In this document: positions 1-8,669 of the stretch, in pieces
How the letters are laid out: every line of letters begins with the position of its first letter
Numbering within the stretch: position 1 is the stretch's first letter
NCBI GenBank assembly: GCA_028818155.1
Contig: JAPPOH010000016.1
Coordinates: forward strand, 1-32,000
DNA from: Candidatus Woesearchaeota archaeon
GTDB taxonomy: Archaea > Nanobdellota > Nanobdellia > Woesearchaeales > UBA525
Direction of reading: 5' to 3'
DNA length: 32,000 nt
Translations under genes and position numbers: made by a program
Notes under the pieces: generated by a model
The model's input: the letters and a program-made list of their open reading frames with translations, nothing else
Databases searched by the model: none
Told to the model about the DNA's origin: nothing

Positions 1-216
1 CTTATAACAAATAAGAATATTTCTACAAAAACTGCAGAAAAAGAAGCTGACGCTCTAACAGCAATGAACATAACAACATTTCAGATGACATACAATGATT
101 TCCTCATCGAATTACATATGAAAGAGGACAACGTTGTCCAATCAGCAATACAATCAGGCTATCCACTAATAAACCACATAAGTTATTACGAGGCGATTTA
201 CAATGAAAGAATATGA
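1..216 (+). CDS. Partial CDS (3' end only), possibly the minimal nucleotidyltransferase partner of the downstream HEPN protein
   Basis: Frame 1 is open from the window edge to TGA 214-216 (...NVVQSAIQSGYPLINHISYYEAIYNERI*). It overlaps the HEPN start at ATG 203 by 14 nt, which is the usual NT-HEPN gene order. The catalytic N-terminal part lies outside the window, so the family call is inference. Confidence 0.4.
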   Translation, partial: LITNKNISTKTAEKEADALTAMNITTFQMTYNDFLIELHMKEDNVVQSAIQSGYPLINHISYYEAIYNERI

Positions 217-721
217 CGTAAGAAAATTGCTCGACAATCAAACATTTACTGAAGAAAAAATACAAGAGTGTATTGATGAGAAGAAACTGAGAAAACAATC
301 TATTGACTATGAAGAAATAAAAGGACATATTCGAAAAGCAGAAAATAACTTGCGATTCATTACTGAAAACATTAAGTTACGTTTTCTTGACTGGGCTATA
401 ACAGGGTGTTACTATGCCAGCTATCATGCTGCTCTCGCACTTATACAAGCGAAAGGGTACACATCTAAGAATCATTACGCAACACTTTGTGTACTTATCA
501 AAAAATTTTACAGAAAAGAATTAACAGAAGAAGACATTACGCTCGTTGCAAAATTTCTCGACTATCACGATGTTCTTTTCTATGTCGAGTCGAAGCAGAA
601 GCGTGAAGATGCGACATACTCCACAAAAACACGCTTTAGTGAGCAAGATGTGGAGAAACTACGAATCCAAGCAACGCTGTTTGTGAATAAAACAAAAGAC
701 ATACTGGAAACACTTAAATAA
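203..721 (+). CDS. HEPN-domain protein (classical SACSIN/KNTase-C-like HEPN)
   Basis: 172-aa ORF. It is helical, with KAENNLRF...DWAITGCYYASYHAALALIQAKGYTSKNH...ESKQKREDATYS, resembling the HEPN core with an R-x-x-x-x-Y type motif. No Rx4-6H motif is present. Confidence 0.75.
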   Translation: MKEYDVRKLLDNQTFTEEKIQECIDEKKLRKQSIDYEEIKGHIRKAENNLRFITENIKLRFLDWAITGCYYASYHAALALIQAKGYTSKNHYATLCVLIKKFYRKELTEEDITLVAKFLDYHDVLFYVESKQKREDATYSTKTRFSEQDVEKLRIQATLFVNKTKDILETLK

Positions 722-743
722 TCAATTTACTCTTTAAGAGTAG

Positions 744-1157
744 GTGGTATACATGGTAAATTATCTTGCAGTTGTCGTCGCGGCTGTCGTGAGCATGGTT
801 GTTGGCGGCTTGTGGTATTCGCCAGTGCTCTTTGGCAACATGTGGATGAAGTTAAGTGGCATTGATAAGAAGAAAATGAAGCAGTTGCAGAAGAAAGCGG
901 TGCGTGGCTACGTGCTGATGTTCGTTTCATCGTTTGTGATGGCGTTTGTGCTTGCTGAATTCGTTCGTGTTGGTAATATTGGCACATTTGCTGATGGCGC
1001 GAAGCTCGCTGGTTGGATCTGGCTTGGGTTCCTTGCTCCCCTGACGTTCGGTCCGTTCATGTGGGAAGGGAAGCCACTGAAGCTTTGTGTCCTGAATGCA
1101 GCGTACTGGCTTGTAACGTTACCATTAATGGCTGGCGTGCTCGCTGTGTGGCCTTAA
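744..1157 (+). CDS. DUF1761-family small membrane protein
   Basis: The N-terminus NYLAVVVAAVVSMVVGGLWYSPVLFGNMWMKLSG is typical of DUF1761, and there are 4 hydrophobic segments. The start is either GTG 744 or ATG 753. Confidence 0.75.
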   Translation: MVYMVNYLAVVVAAVVSMVVGGLWYSPVLFGNMWMKLSGIDKKKMKQLQKKAVRGYVLMFVSSFVMAFVLAEFVRVGNIGTFADGAKLAGWIWLGFLAPLTFGPFMWEGKPLKLCVLNAAYWLVTLPLMAGVLAVWP

Positions 1158-2173
1158 ATTTTTTTTATTTCTAATACTTTTGTATAGTCGACTAAGTTGT
1201 TGTCTATTCGTAGCTTTCCAGTAAGTCCTTCGATCTCCGCAGTTTGTATGCAGGTAAAAAAGTCTTCTGTGTCTACGTACGCACGGCATTGATGAATGAA
1301 AAGCATTGCATTATACGCTACGATAGAATCGAGTGATGGTTCTGAGTTATGCATTGCCAGATATGCATCCCTGAACGCTTCGAGGCGTGACTGTTCGTAG
1401 TCAACGCCTACGTCACTATAGATAATTGTGTGGTACGCGTCTCCTGCACCTTCTGCAGCATCTTCGTAATTCACTTCAATCGTTGAATAGATTGGGATGT
1501 CTCCATGGAGTGTCCTGATTTGTTTGATGAGAGAACCGAGGGACTTTCCCCCACTGACAACAAAAAATACTTCAGGGTTGTTACTCGCGACTTTCGTGAT
1601 GATTGATCGATAATCCCGTTCTTCAACACTCGACGCTTCAGCAAATAACTCTCCTTTAAAGTGTTTTTTCATCGCTGTAAACGCTGGAAGGCCGAGCCCG
1701 TCATTTCTGTAGATCATTCCAACACGCTGTACGCCTTTTTCTTGCATGTCTGCAACAACACGCTCAATGTATTGCTCACTTGTCGGAAGGTTTTGCAGCA
1801 TGAAGCCATTCGCAACGTCAGGATTGACGCCTGCAACGAACACAGGAACTTTGTGCTCGTTCGTAATCGGTTGTATTGCAAGCGCGCTTGGACTTGCTGT
1901 TGTTAAAATCACATCAGGGTTGTCTGCACGTAGTAACTTTCTCGTTGCTGTGACTGCTTTTCTTGGTGCACTCTCTGTATCTTCGGGTACAAACCGATAC
2001 CCTTCATGTTCATGCATGAACAACGCTACTGCTTTCACTTCGTCATTTCCATAGAGGGCAAAATCCCCAGTTAGCGGCAGGACACCACCTATTACAATGC
2101 GATCATCTGGTACTGTACATGCTGTTCCCAATAGTAGGATGATGAGTGCAATTTTTGCGTTGATAGTGTTCAT
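1154..2173 (-). CDS. Type-1 periplasmic-binding-protein fold solute-binding lipoprotein (Leu/Ile/Val-binding-like)
   Basis: There is a signal peptide with a Cys (ALIILLLGTAC) followed by IVIGGVLPLTGDFALYGNDEVKAVALFM, characteristic of LivK-type substrate-binding proteins. Its start overlaps the upstream gene's stop (ATGA). Confidence 0.8.
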   Translation of the reverse strand: MNTINAKIALIILLLGTACTVPDDRIVIGGVLPLTGDFALYGNDEVKAVALFMHEHEGYRFVPEDTESAPRKAVTATRKLLRADNPDVILTTASPSALAIQPITNEHKVPVFVAGVNPDVANGFMLQNLPTSEQYIERVVADMQEKGVQRVGMIYRNDGLGLPAFTAMKKHFKGELFAEASSVEERDYRSIITKVASNNPEVFFVVSGGKSLGSLIKQIRTLHGDIPIYSTIEVNYEDAAEGAGDAYHTIIYSDVGVDYEQSRLEAFRDAYLAMHNSEPSLDSIVAYNAMLFIHQCRAYVDTEDFFTCIQTAEIEGLTGKLRIDNNLVDYTKVLEIKKI

Positions 2174-3315
2174 AAGTCAAAACCCCGAACAGAAATTGGC
2201 AGACCATCTGGTGCTTTGCCTTTGTGTTGCAGAGCGGCATCTCTGACATAATCTCCAAATGTTTTGCCTTCGAATTCATGCTGCTTTTCTCGTAACCGCA
2301 GGTAGTGTTCATCAACAAGAGAAAGTCCTTTCGCTGTGTGTCCGACTGACTTAGCATATTCAGGGTGTTTATTGGTAAGATCTATCATTACATCTAAAAG
2401 TAAATATCCTGCTTCAATTTTTTCTACGAATTGGTATTCTCTGTTGTTCCATGATGTCAATGCTGGAATTTTAGGCTGTTCAGCAAGGTATTTTTTTCTA
2501 GCATCCTGTAATACTTCTCTTACACTTTCAGTACGCTTATCCTTTACATTTTTTCCATCCATCCTTCCACTCTCTCCAAGGGTTACTGATGCTATGTGGA
2601 CATACTTATTATTCTCCAAGAGCTCGTCATCAGAGGGGATGTAAACTGTTTTGCTTTGTTCAGTGTGAAGCGCTTGCTGAGTTGCATCTTCTATGAAACC
2701 TCCACATTCTGCGTCATCATGTAAGTAATTAAAGCTAAATGCCCGCATCACAAGAGGTTTTTCAGCATTATCTGGAACTTTCCCAGCTAAGTGTATCGCT
2801 GCTGCAGCTTCGAACAATCTCGACGTTTTTGCAAGTCCATATTCTTTGCCAGTGATTGCTGTTAGTTCTTCTGAGCGTTTAGCAATCGTTTCTTGCCATT
2901 CAGCAACAATATTCTCTATTTGCGTCACATCATCGTATAAAGTACGAAGTGTTGCTGTAGGGTCGTCTAATTTTCCTTCAAACACACCTTTAGCTAGGCC
3001 AACATATTGAATTTTTTCGACATAGCTCATGAGTTGTTCAGTATTGTGTTGGAGTACTTGTTCTGCTGCAGAATGTACTGCACTTGGAGCAAGACCTTCA
3101 GCGGCGAGTGCACTCTCTAAGCGCTGTTTTATGTGGGGATATACGCTTTCTTTATACGCTCGTATGCCTTCCGCAAGAGCAGTATGTGCTCGTGTTGCCA
3201 ATCCTAAGCCACGTCGACTAATTTCAGGCAGATCGTCTATGCCTTTCATGCCTTTTCGTGTTATTTCAGCTGCGGCATGTGGTAGGTATGCATCAAATAA
3301 TGCGTCTAGTGTCAT
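2170..3315 (-). CDS. Hypothetical protein (381 aa, acidic/Ala-rich, no recognisable motif)
   Basis: Long uninterrupted ORF. A TATA-like ACTATTAA (3333-3340, minus sense) lies about 22 nt upstream of ATG 3315. It is translationally coupled to the binding-protein gene. Confidence 0.7.
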   Translation of the reverse strand: MTLDALFDAYLPHAAAEITRKGMKGIDDLPEISRRGLGLATRAHTALAEGIRAYKESVYPHIKQRLESALAAEGLAPSAVHSAAEQVLQHNTEQLMSYVEKIQYVGLAKGVFEGKLDDPTATLRTLYDDVTQIENIVAEWQETIAKRSEELTAITGKEYGLAKTSRLFEAAAAIHLAGKVPDNAEKPLVMRAFSFNYLHDDAECGGFIEDATQQALHTEQSKTVYIPSDDELLENNKYVHIASVTLGESGRMDGKNVKDKRTESVREVLQDARKKYLAEQPKIPALTSWNNREYQFVEKIEAGYLLLDVMIDLTNKHPEYAKSVGHTAKGLSLVDEHYLRLREKQHEFEGKTFGDYVRDAALQHKGKAPDGLPISVRGFDL

Positions 3316-3425
3316 GTTTTCCCCTTGTTATTACTATTAAGTGGTTTTATTTTATAATAAAACTTTTGGATATTTTTCTTACAAAAACAAAATAAATAAA
3401 TACTAAAATTTCGTTTTTCGATAAA

Positions 3426-4385
3426 ATGGGGAAAATCACAGAGAAGGATAGAAAAATTCTCCTTGAGCTCTCAAACAACTGCAGGATACCAGCAACACAG
3501 CTCGGAAAGAAAGTAGGTGTCTCAAGAGAAGTGGCTGACTACAGGGTGAAACGATTAGTAAAGCTCGGCGTTATCAAAGATTTTATCGCGGAAATTAATT
3601 TGGATGCACTCGGGTACACAAAGACGGTTGTCTACCTTGAGCTCAAACGTATTACGAAAAAACGAGAAGAAGAAATCAATGACTACCTCACGAAACACCC
3701 ATTCACGACATGGATTGCAACATCGGCAGGAAAATGGAGTCTTATTTTTGATATCCACGCACGAGACACAAAGCAACTCATCACAATTATCAATGAATTA
3801 AAACATTTTCTCGCAGAGAATCTCGGCGAATATAGACTTGTCACACTTGAAGACCACGAACACTTTCTTTCAAAGTATTTCAATGGCACAACATCACCCA
3901 CAACGTATACACAAAAGAAACTTGATGCAGACGATAGAGAACTCCTCAAACTCCTTGCGAAAAACGGTCGCATGGAATACGTTGCCATAAGCACCATTCT
4001 CAAGAAAACACCTGAAGCGATCAGCAAACGAGTAAAAAACCTTCTACAACATGGCATTATCAAACGATTCCATATTTTTCCAGATCTGAAGAAACTTGGC
4101 TACAATATTTACAATGTACAAGTAAAACTGGAAGATACAAAACAAGACATGGAAATCCGCTTTCTCCAGAATCTTCGAGATCACCCAAAAGTCTGCTTCT
4201 ACTATAAACCCGTCTCGGGACAATGGACAATCGAGTTTGGTGTGTTTGTGAAACACCCTGGAGAATTTAAGATGTTCATGCAAGAACTCCGGAACCACTT
4301 CCCAGACCACGTTCGTGTCCACGATGTTGTCGTCTTCTACGAAGAAATTAAAGGAAACTATTTGCCAGAGGGTGTGTTCCAGTGA
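3426..4385 (+). CDS. Tandem-duplicated Lrp/AsnC-family transcriptional regulator (two HTH plus ligand-domain units in one chain)
   Basis: Two HTH_AsnC-like segments are present: KDRKILLELSNNCRIPATQLGKKVGVSREVADYRVKRLVKLGVI and DDRELLKLLAKNGRMEYVAISTILKKTPEAISKRVKNLLQHGII. Each is followed by an ~80-aa RAM-like region. The TATA box ATAAATAAATAC lies about 26 nt upstream. Confidence 0.8.
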   Translation: MGKITEKDRKILLELSNNCRIPATQLGKKVGVSREVADYRVKRLVKLGVIKDFIAEINLDALGYTKTVVYLELKRITKKREEEINDYLTKHPFTTWIATSAGKWSLIFDIHARDTKQLITIINELKHFLAENLGEYRLVTLEDHEHFLSKYFNGTTSPTTYTQKKLDADDRELLKLLAKNGRMEYVAISTILKKTPEAISKRVKNLLQHGIIKRFHIFPDLKKLGYNIYNVQVKLEDTKQDMEIRFLQNLRDHPKVCFYYKPVSGQWTIEFGVFVKHPGEFKMFMQELRNHFPDHVRVHDVVVFYEEIKGNYLPEGVFQ

Positions 4386-5026
4386 TGTGGGTCGGAAAAT
4401 TCAAAATACAGCATGATGATTGGGTTCTTGAGAAAACAGTCACGCATAACATTTCTGTGACTGGCGTCCCGCTCAGTTCGTTCCACAAGAACGGAAAGCA
4501 CTACCATACTGCTGTTACATTCGTTCATGGGAAAGAAAAAAACAAGAACGACTTCATCACGTCAGTGAAAAATGATGCTCGTGTAGCTAAATGCTCTGTG
4601 CATGGTGATCAACTCCTCCTTCTCATAGAAGGAGAAGATGCCGTCTCGCATGCATTCGATGCCTCACTCTTCTTCGTACAACCGGTTCTCATGAAAGAAG
4701 GCTATGAATTCTGGGAAATAGGCTCATGGGAGAAGAAAAATATCACCGCATTCTTTGAAAAAGCAAAGGATGTAGCAGATGTGCAGATGCTGAAGCTACG
4801 GAAAGAGAATCCAGGCGTGTTTGTCCAGCACTCTGTACCCACACTAACGGCAAAGCAGCGGACTGCATTCGATTTGGCGCAAGCACATGGCTACTATGAA
4901 TATCCGAGAAGAGTAAGTGTCAAAGAGTTAGCAGAAAAGATGAACGTTCCGCGTACAACCTTGCAAGAGCATCTGAGAAAAGCGGAAGCAAAAATCATGC
5001 GCATTTTCCTCCATAGTACAAATTAG
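4382..5026 (+). CDS. HTH_10 (bacterio-opsin-activator-type) DNA-binding protein
   Basis: The C-terminal LTAKQRTAFDLAQAHGYYEYPRRVSVKELAEKMNVPRTTLQEHLRKAEAKIM matches the HTH_10/Bat-type domain. The start is GTG 4382 or ATG 4385 and overlaps the Lrp stop, indicating an operon. Confidence 0.8.
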   Translation: MMWVGKFKIQHDDWVLEKTVTHNISVTGVPLSSFHKNGKHYHTAVTFVHGKEKNKNDFITSVKNDARVAKCSVHGDQLLLLIEGEDAVSHAFDASLFFVQPVLMKEGYEFWEIGSWEKKNITAFFEKAKDVADVQMLKLRKENPGVFVQHSVPTLTAKQRTAFDLAQAHGYYEYPRRVSVKELAEKMNVPRTTLQEHLRKAEAKIMRIFLHSTN

Positions 5027-5075
5027 CCGTCACATGACGGCAATAAATCTATATCCGAACACTGAATCACTCTAC

Positions 5076-5726
5076 ATGGGGGTTGATACTATGACAAAAA
5101 AATTGTACCACCAAGATCCTCATCAAGAGGAATGCACAGCAAAAGTAACAAACATCAACAGCAACGATGTCGAAGTAGACCAAACAATTTTCTTCGCATT
5201 TGCAGGCGGCCAAGCATCAGATACAGGAACAATCAACAATATTCCCGTAACAGAAGCGAAGAAAGCAGGCAAGAACATTATCTATACGCTAGAAGAAACA
5301 CCACCATTCGCAGTAGGAGATACAGTCACGATACAAGTCGACAAAGAGAAGCGAGAACGAATCATCAAACTCCACTCAGCGATTCATTTCGCATACTTCC
5401 TGCTCACGGAAAAAATTGGACAACAAAAACTCATTGGGTCAAATGTCACAGACCAAAAAGCACGAGCAGACTTTGCCTATGATGGCTCATTCGCGGAGAT
5501 CCTTCCAGAGCTCCAAGAGCAATTCAATGAACTGATCAAAAAGAATGTGCCAGTTCGTACCTTCCCGAGCGATAGCGATCCAGAAAAACGGATATGGGAA
5601 TCACATGGATGGACTTGCCCATGTGGAGGCACGCACGTTGCATCTACAGGTGAGATTGGCAGTGTCATCCTGAAGCGGAAGACAATTGGTGCAGGCAAGG
5701 AACGACTAGAAGTACGACTCGCCTAA
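5076..5726 (+). CDS. alaX: AlaX-type alanyl-tRNA editing protein (free-standing AlaRS editing domain)
   Basis: Zinc/editing motifs HSAIHFAYFLL (HxxxH) and CPCGGTHV (CxxxH) are present. ATG 5076 sits 26 nt from an ATCTATAT box. ATG 5091 and the ORF-track start at 5034 are alternatives. Confidence 0.8.
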   Translation: MGVDTMTKKLYHQDPHQEECTAKVTNINSNDVEVDQTIFFAFAGGQASDTGTINNIPVTEAKKAGKNIIYTLEETPPFAVGDTVTIQVDKEKRERIIKLHSAIHFAYFLLTEKIGQQKLIGSNVTDQKARADFAYDGSFAEILPELQEQFNELIKKNVPVRTFPSDSDPEKRIWESHGWTCPCGGTHVASTGEIGSVILKRKTIGAGKERLEVRLA

Positions 5727-6154
5727 TTTTTCTTCTTCATAAAATCAGCCATCGTCATCTTGCCACCAGAAGCCTTCACGTTTACATCACCAACCTGAAA
5801 CTTCACAACTAACGTAACGCCAAGCGCTCGCTCCAACTTCCGCGCAGTCTCAATGCTTGGTTTTCGCTTTCCGGACTCAAAATGCTGCCACACGGACGTT
5901 TTGAGATTCAATGATTGTGCTAGTTCTTCTTGCTTCTTCCCAGACGCGGCGCGTGCGTTCGTGAGAATTTTCGCGTAATCAGGATGGATCTGTTCATCAG
6001 ACTGCTGATAGTGCGCGCCGGCAGTCACTTGTGTGTACTTCTGCCGCTGCACTTTCGTCCCATGAGAAGCACAAGAAGCACAAACTGACATCTCCACTCC
6101 CTCAACCTCAGCTTTTTGCAATGCTCCATCCACTCCACACATCTCACACGTCAT
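5723..6154 (-). CDS. mbf1: Archaeal multiprotein-bridging-factor-1 homologue (Zn-ribbon plus Cro/C1 HTH)
   Basis: The N-terminal Zn ribbon is MTCEMCGVDG...CASCASHG. The C-terminal HTH is KKQEELAQSLNLKTSVWQHFESGKRKPSIETARKLERALGVTL. Confidence 0.85.
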   Translation of the reverse strand: MTCEMCGVDGALQKAEVEGVEMSVCASCASHGTKVQRQKYTQVTAGAHYQQSDEQIHPDYAKILTNARAASGKKQEELAQSLNLKTSVWQHFESGKRKPSIETARKLERALGVTLVVKFQVGDVNVKASGGKMTMADFMKKKN

Positions 6155-7190
6155 GTTCCCACGTCATAATCTCTAATTTTGATTTTCCCATCCACACAGG
6201 ATGGGTATGCAAGAGCTTGAATTTATACTTTTGTGCACATGCGAACTCTTCAGGCTTTACGCAGATACAGGTGATCGTGCCTTTTTTCTTCAGCACTTCC
6301 GCTGCCTGTTCAAACAACGTCTCATTCCGCTTCTCGACGATCTTCAGCGGGAGTGCTTTGCCGCTTGACACAGGGTACGTGACGATTTTATCGACGTCCG
6401 CAACTTTCGTGTGGAGCCAATCCAAAGGCACTTTCGTGCTATGTAACAGTTTCTCCACACCAGCCAGTTTACTATTCATGCGAACAGCCTTCACATCTCG
6501 CAAATTCTCACAAAAGACGCTGATTTTCTCTATTTCTCGTACGGGAACCGTCTTCGGCACGGTCAGTTTTTCATACGCTAACCCCGTACTAAATTGCAAG
6601 GGGCTCGTTTTGGACAATAACAACGCAGCCTCAATAGCTAGCGTCCCATCATCTCCTGAAGGGTCAACGAGCACATCATCTCCTTGCACATCTGCGTAGA
6701 GGAGCGCAGCGGCTGCAATTGTTGCACGTAAACTTCTCCGAGAAAGCATAATTCGCCACTCCCGTTTTTCAAGTGCTTTTCCCACTAAATCCAAACCGAC
6801 GTACGTCTTGTCCGTCTTGATAGCGTAGACGATAAACTGAGGATTTACTAGATCAACACTCTTTCCTTGTTTGTGGACCCACCCACCTACTTGCTCAACA
6901 AGTTCCTGCGTAATGCCTGTGGAATGACCTTCTGCCTTGAACGTGCCATCGATCAGCCCCAGCACAGCAGGGTCTGGCTCCCCAGGGCTGTCTGTGTACG
7001 GTGCAGTCAGCTGTAGCAGCACTCTCCTCGCAGTTTGCAAGTGAAATGCTAAGAGTGCACCTTCCTCGAGAGAGCAATCCACAGTAACGATCTGCTCAGC
7101 AATGGTCGTTTCCTTCTTCATCCAGCGAGCAATCTCCAGTACACAGGCCTGCTCACACCCTTTGTCCGTGATGACAAGAATCGTTGGCAT
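6144..7190 (-). CDS. THUMP-domain / UPF0020-type RNA methyltransferase-like protein
   Basis: An N-terminal THUMP-like region is followed by the SAM motif I-like VLVDPSGDDGTLAIEAALL. I prefer the start at ATG 7190 because TTTAAAAA (7213-7220, minus sense) lies about 26 nt upstream. The ORF track extends to GTG 7223. The gene overlaps mbf1 by 11 nt. Confidence 0.75.
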   Translation of the reverse strand: MPTILVITDKGCEQACVLEIARWMKKETTIAEQIVTVDCSLEEGALLAFHLQTARRVLLQLTAPYTDSPGEPDPAVLGLIDGTFKAEGHSTGITQELVEQVGGWVHKQGKSVDLVNPQFIVYAIKTDKTYVGLDLVGKALEKREWRIMLSRRSLRATIAAAALLYADVQGDDVLVDPSGDDGTLAIEAALLLSKTSPLQFSTGLAYEKLTVPKTVPVREIEKISVFCENLRDVKAVRMNSKLAGVEKLLHSTKVPLDWLHTKVADVDKIVTYPVSSGKALPLKIVEKRNETLFEQAAEVLKKKGTITCICVKPEEFACAQKYKFKLLHTHPVWMGKSKLEIMTWEHDV

Positions 7191-7232
7191 ACGACGACGA
7201 AATGCAATACCATTTTTAAACACGTCCTAAAG

Positions 7233-7240
7233 ATATATAA
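7233..7240 (+). promoter_or_regulatory. TATA box for the 7261 operon
   Basis: ATATATAA is centred about 24 nt upstream of ATG 7261. Confidence 0.5.
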
Positions 7241-7260
7241 ACAACCTGTCGTGCCTGCAG

Positions 7261-7650
7261 ATGATGGTGGTGTCGGGGTTGTCAGCTATTGTGCATGAGG
7301 TACAACTCGCTGAAGAGCTTCTCACGGAAACATTTCATATGGAGCATGATCCAAAGGTTCTTCTCCAAGTGGTCAAGCACACAAGCAATGCGCTTGAAGG
7401 TGCTGCAGAAATCACAGCACTCTCGAAGAAGATGGAAGCACTGCGCGCACTCTGCGCTCATATCTTGCAGGAATTCAAGGAATCCCCTCAGGTTTTCGCA
7501 AGAAAGGAAAAACTCGCGATAGCATCTGAAGGGTTTGAGCACATAGAAATACTGAACGAAGAGAGTGTTACAAGTATTCTCAACGAGTCAAAAGAACTCA
7601 TCTATCAACTCACAAAGGTGATGACATGTCAGACGCAGCAGAAAGCATGA
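7261..7650 (+). CDS. Hypothetical helical protein (129 aa)
   Basis: The ORF begins about 24 nt downstream of ATATATAA (7233-7240). Its 3' end overlaps the next gene by 25 nt. Confidence 0.6.
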   Translation: MMVVSGLSAIVHEVQLAEELLTETFHMEHDPKVLLQVVKHTSNALEGAAEITALSKKMEALRALCAHILQEFKESPQVFARKEKLAIASEGFEHIEILNEESVTSILNESKELIYQLTKVMTCQTQQKA

Positions 7651-8669
7651 ATGAAGCGCTTGAAGAACTCAAGCGCGTGGATCACTTAATCTATGTCTCG
7701 CTCAAGTACACAAGAACTGTAGATGTCATTATCAATATTCTCAACAGGATGGTAGATGCGTACAGCCACATAATCGCCGCGCTTGTTGACTTCGCTGGCG
7801 AGAAAGTGACGCATGAACCAGAGAGCGCGATTGAGCGAGCAGAGCTCGTGCAGCAAATGTATGGGAAAGATGAACTCTGCACGGACAATATGGGCCTGTA
7901 CAAATTGCTCAGGAAACTATTGCGAGCACGGCATGTTGTGCGAGAGAACGAGTATCGAAGACATGTCACAATGAAAACGTTCATCGAAGGCAGAGAAGAG
8001 ATAGTGAATATCGATATTATCACAAACTATTACTTGTTCCAGCGAGATTTCATTCTCCATGTGAAAGGGATTGTTGATGGTCGTGTCCCTGCAGAATTAC
8101 AAGAGCAACAAACGACACATCCAGAGCCACCGACATGGATGAGCGAACCGAAGGAAGAACCTGAACCTGAGCCACAGGAACAGACAATCGTCACAAAGCG
8201 AACACCGCCGACAAAAACAACAGTGAAAATCCGACCGGTGGGTGCACCACCTCGAAAACGGTCGCCGCGACCGAAGAAATACAAGATTCAGATTCCGAAG
8301 AGTAAGAATTCTATCACATTGCCATTAGAATATGATCCTGCGTTGCGTAAAGAGATGCAAAAAGAAGCGGAGAAGCGAGCAAAAGAGGCTCGTGCGAAGG
8401 AACTGAAGGCGAAAAAGAAAAAAGCTGCGAAGAAGAAAGCTAAGAAAAAAAAGGTGAAGAAGAAAGTCAAGAAGAAAGTGGTGAAGAAGAAAGCCAAGAA
8501 GAAAGCATCAAAGAAGACGAAGAAAAAGGTTGTCAAGAAGGCGAAGAAGAAAGCTACGAAGAAGGCGAAGAAAAAGGCCAAGAAGAAAGCCAAGAAGAAA
8601 GCATCAAAGAAAAAAGGGCTCGTTGGCAGAATGCTCCGCTTGACGAAGAAAGTCACGAGGAAGAAATAA
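7626..8669 (+). CDS. Hypothetical protein with a helical N-domain, a Pro/Glu-rich linker and an extreme poly-lysine (KKKAKKK) C-terminal tail
   Basis: 347-aa ORF. About the last 90 residues are mostly Lys, with some Ala and Val. ATG 7647 is an alternative start. The stop TAA overlaps the pyrC ATG (TAATG). Confidence 0.7.
   Translation: MSDAAESMNEALEELKRVDHLIYVSLKYTRTVDVIINILNRMVDAYSHIIAALVDFAGEKVTHEPESAIERAELVQQMYGKDELCTDNMGLYKLLRKLLRARHVVRENEYRRHVTMKTFIEGREEIVNIDIITNYYLFQRDFILHVKGIVDGRVPAELQEQQTTHPEPPTWMSEPKEEPEPEPQEQTIVTKRTPPTKTTVKIRPVGAPPRKRSPRPKKYKIQIPKSKNSITLPLEYDPALRKEMQKEAEKRAKEARAKELKAKKKKAAKKKAKKKKVKKKVKKKVVKKKAKKKASKKTKKKVVKKAKKKATKKAKKKAKKKAKKKASKKKGLVGRMLRLTKKVTRKK
8388..8666 (+). 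repeat. Low-complexity AAG/AAA (Lys-codon) tract containing an exact 23-nt duplicate
   Basis: GCCAAGAAGAAAGCATCAAAGAA occurs at 8493-8515 and again at 8589-8611. The surrounding sequence is degenerate (AAGAAGAAAGC)n. Confidence 0.85.

Noticed and set aside
5027-5040. Inverted repeat CCGTCA-CA-TGACGG directly after the HTH_10 gene stop
   Set aside because: With a 6-bp stem, a 2-nt loop and no oligo-T tract, it is too short to call a terminator or an operator. It also contains the ORF-track ATG 5034, which I consider an unlikely alaX start.
6031-6699. 222-aa plus-strand ORF (Ser/Thr/Phe-rich)
   Set aside because: It is antisense to the mbf1 and THUMP-methyltransferase genes, both of which have strong motif support. 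It is low-complexity with no promoter.
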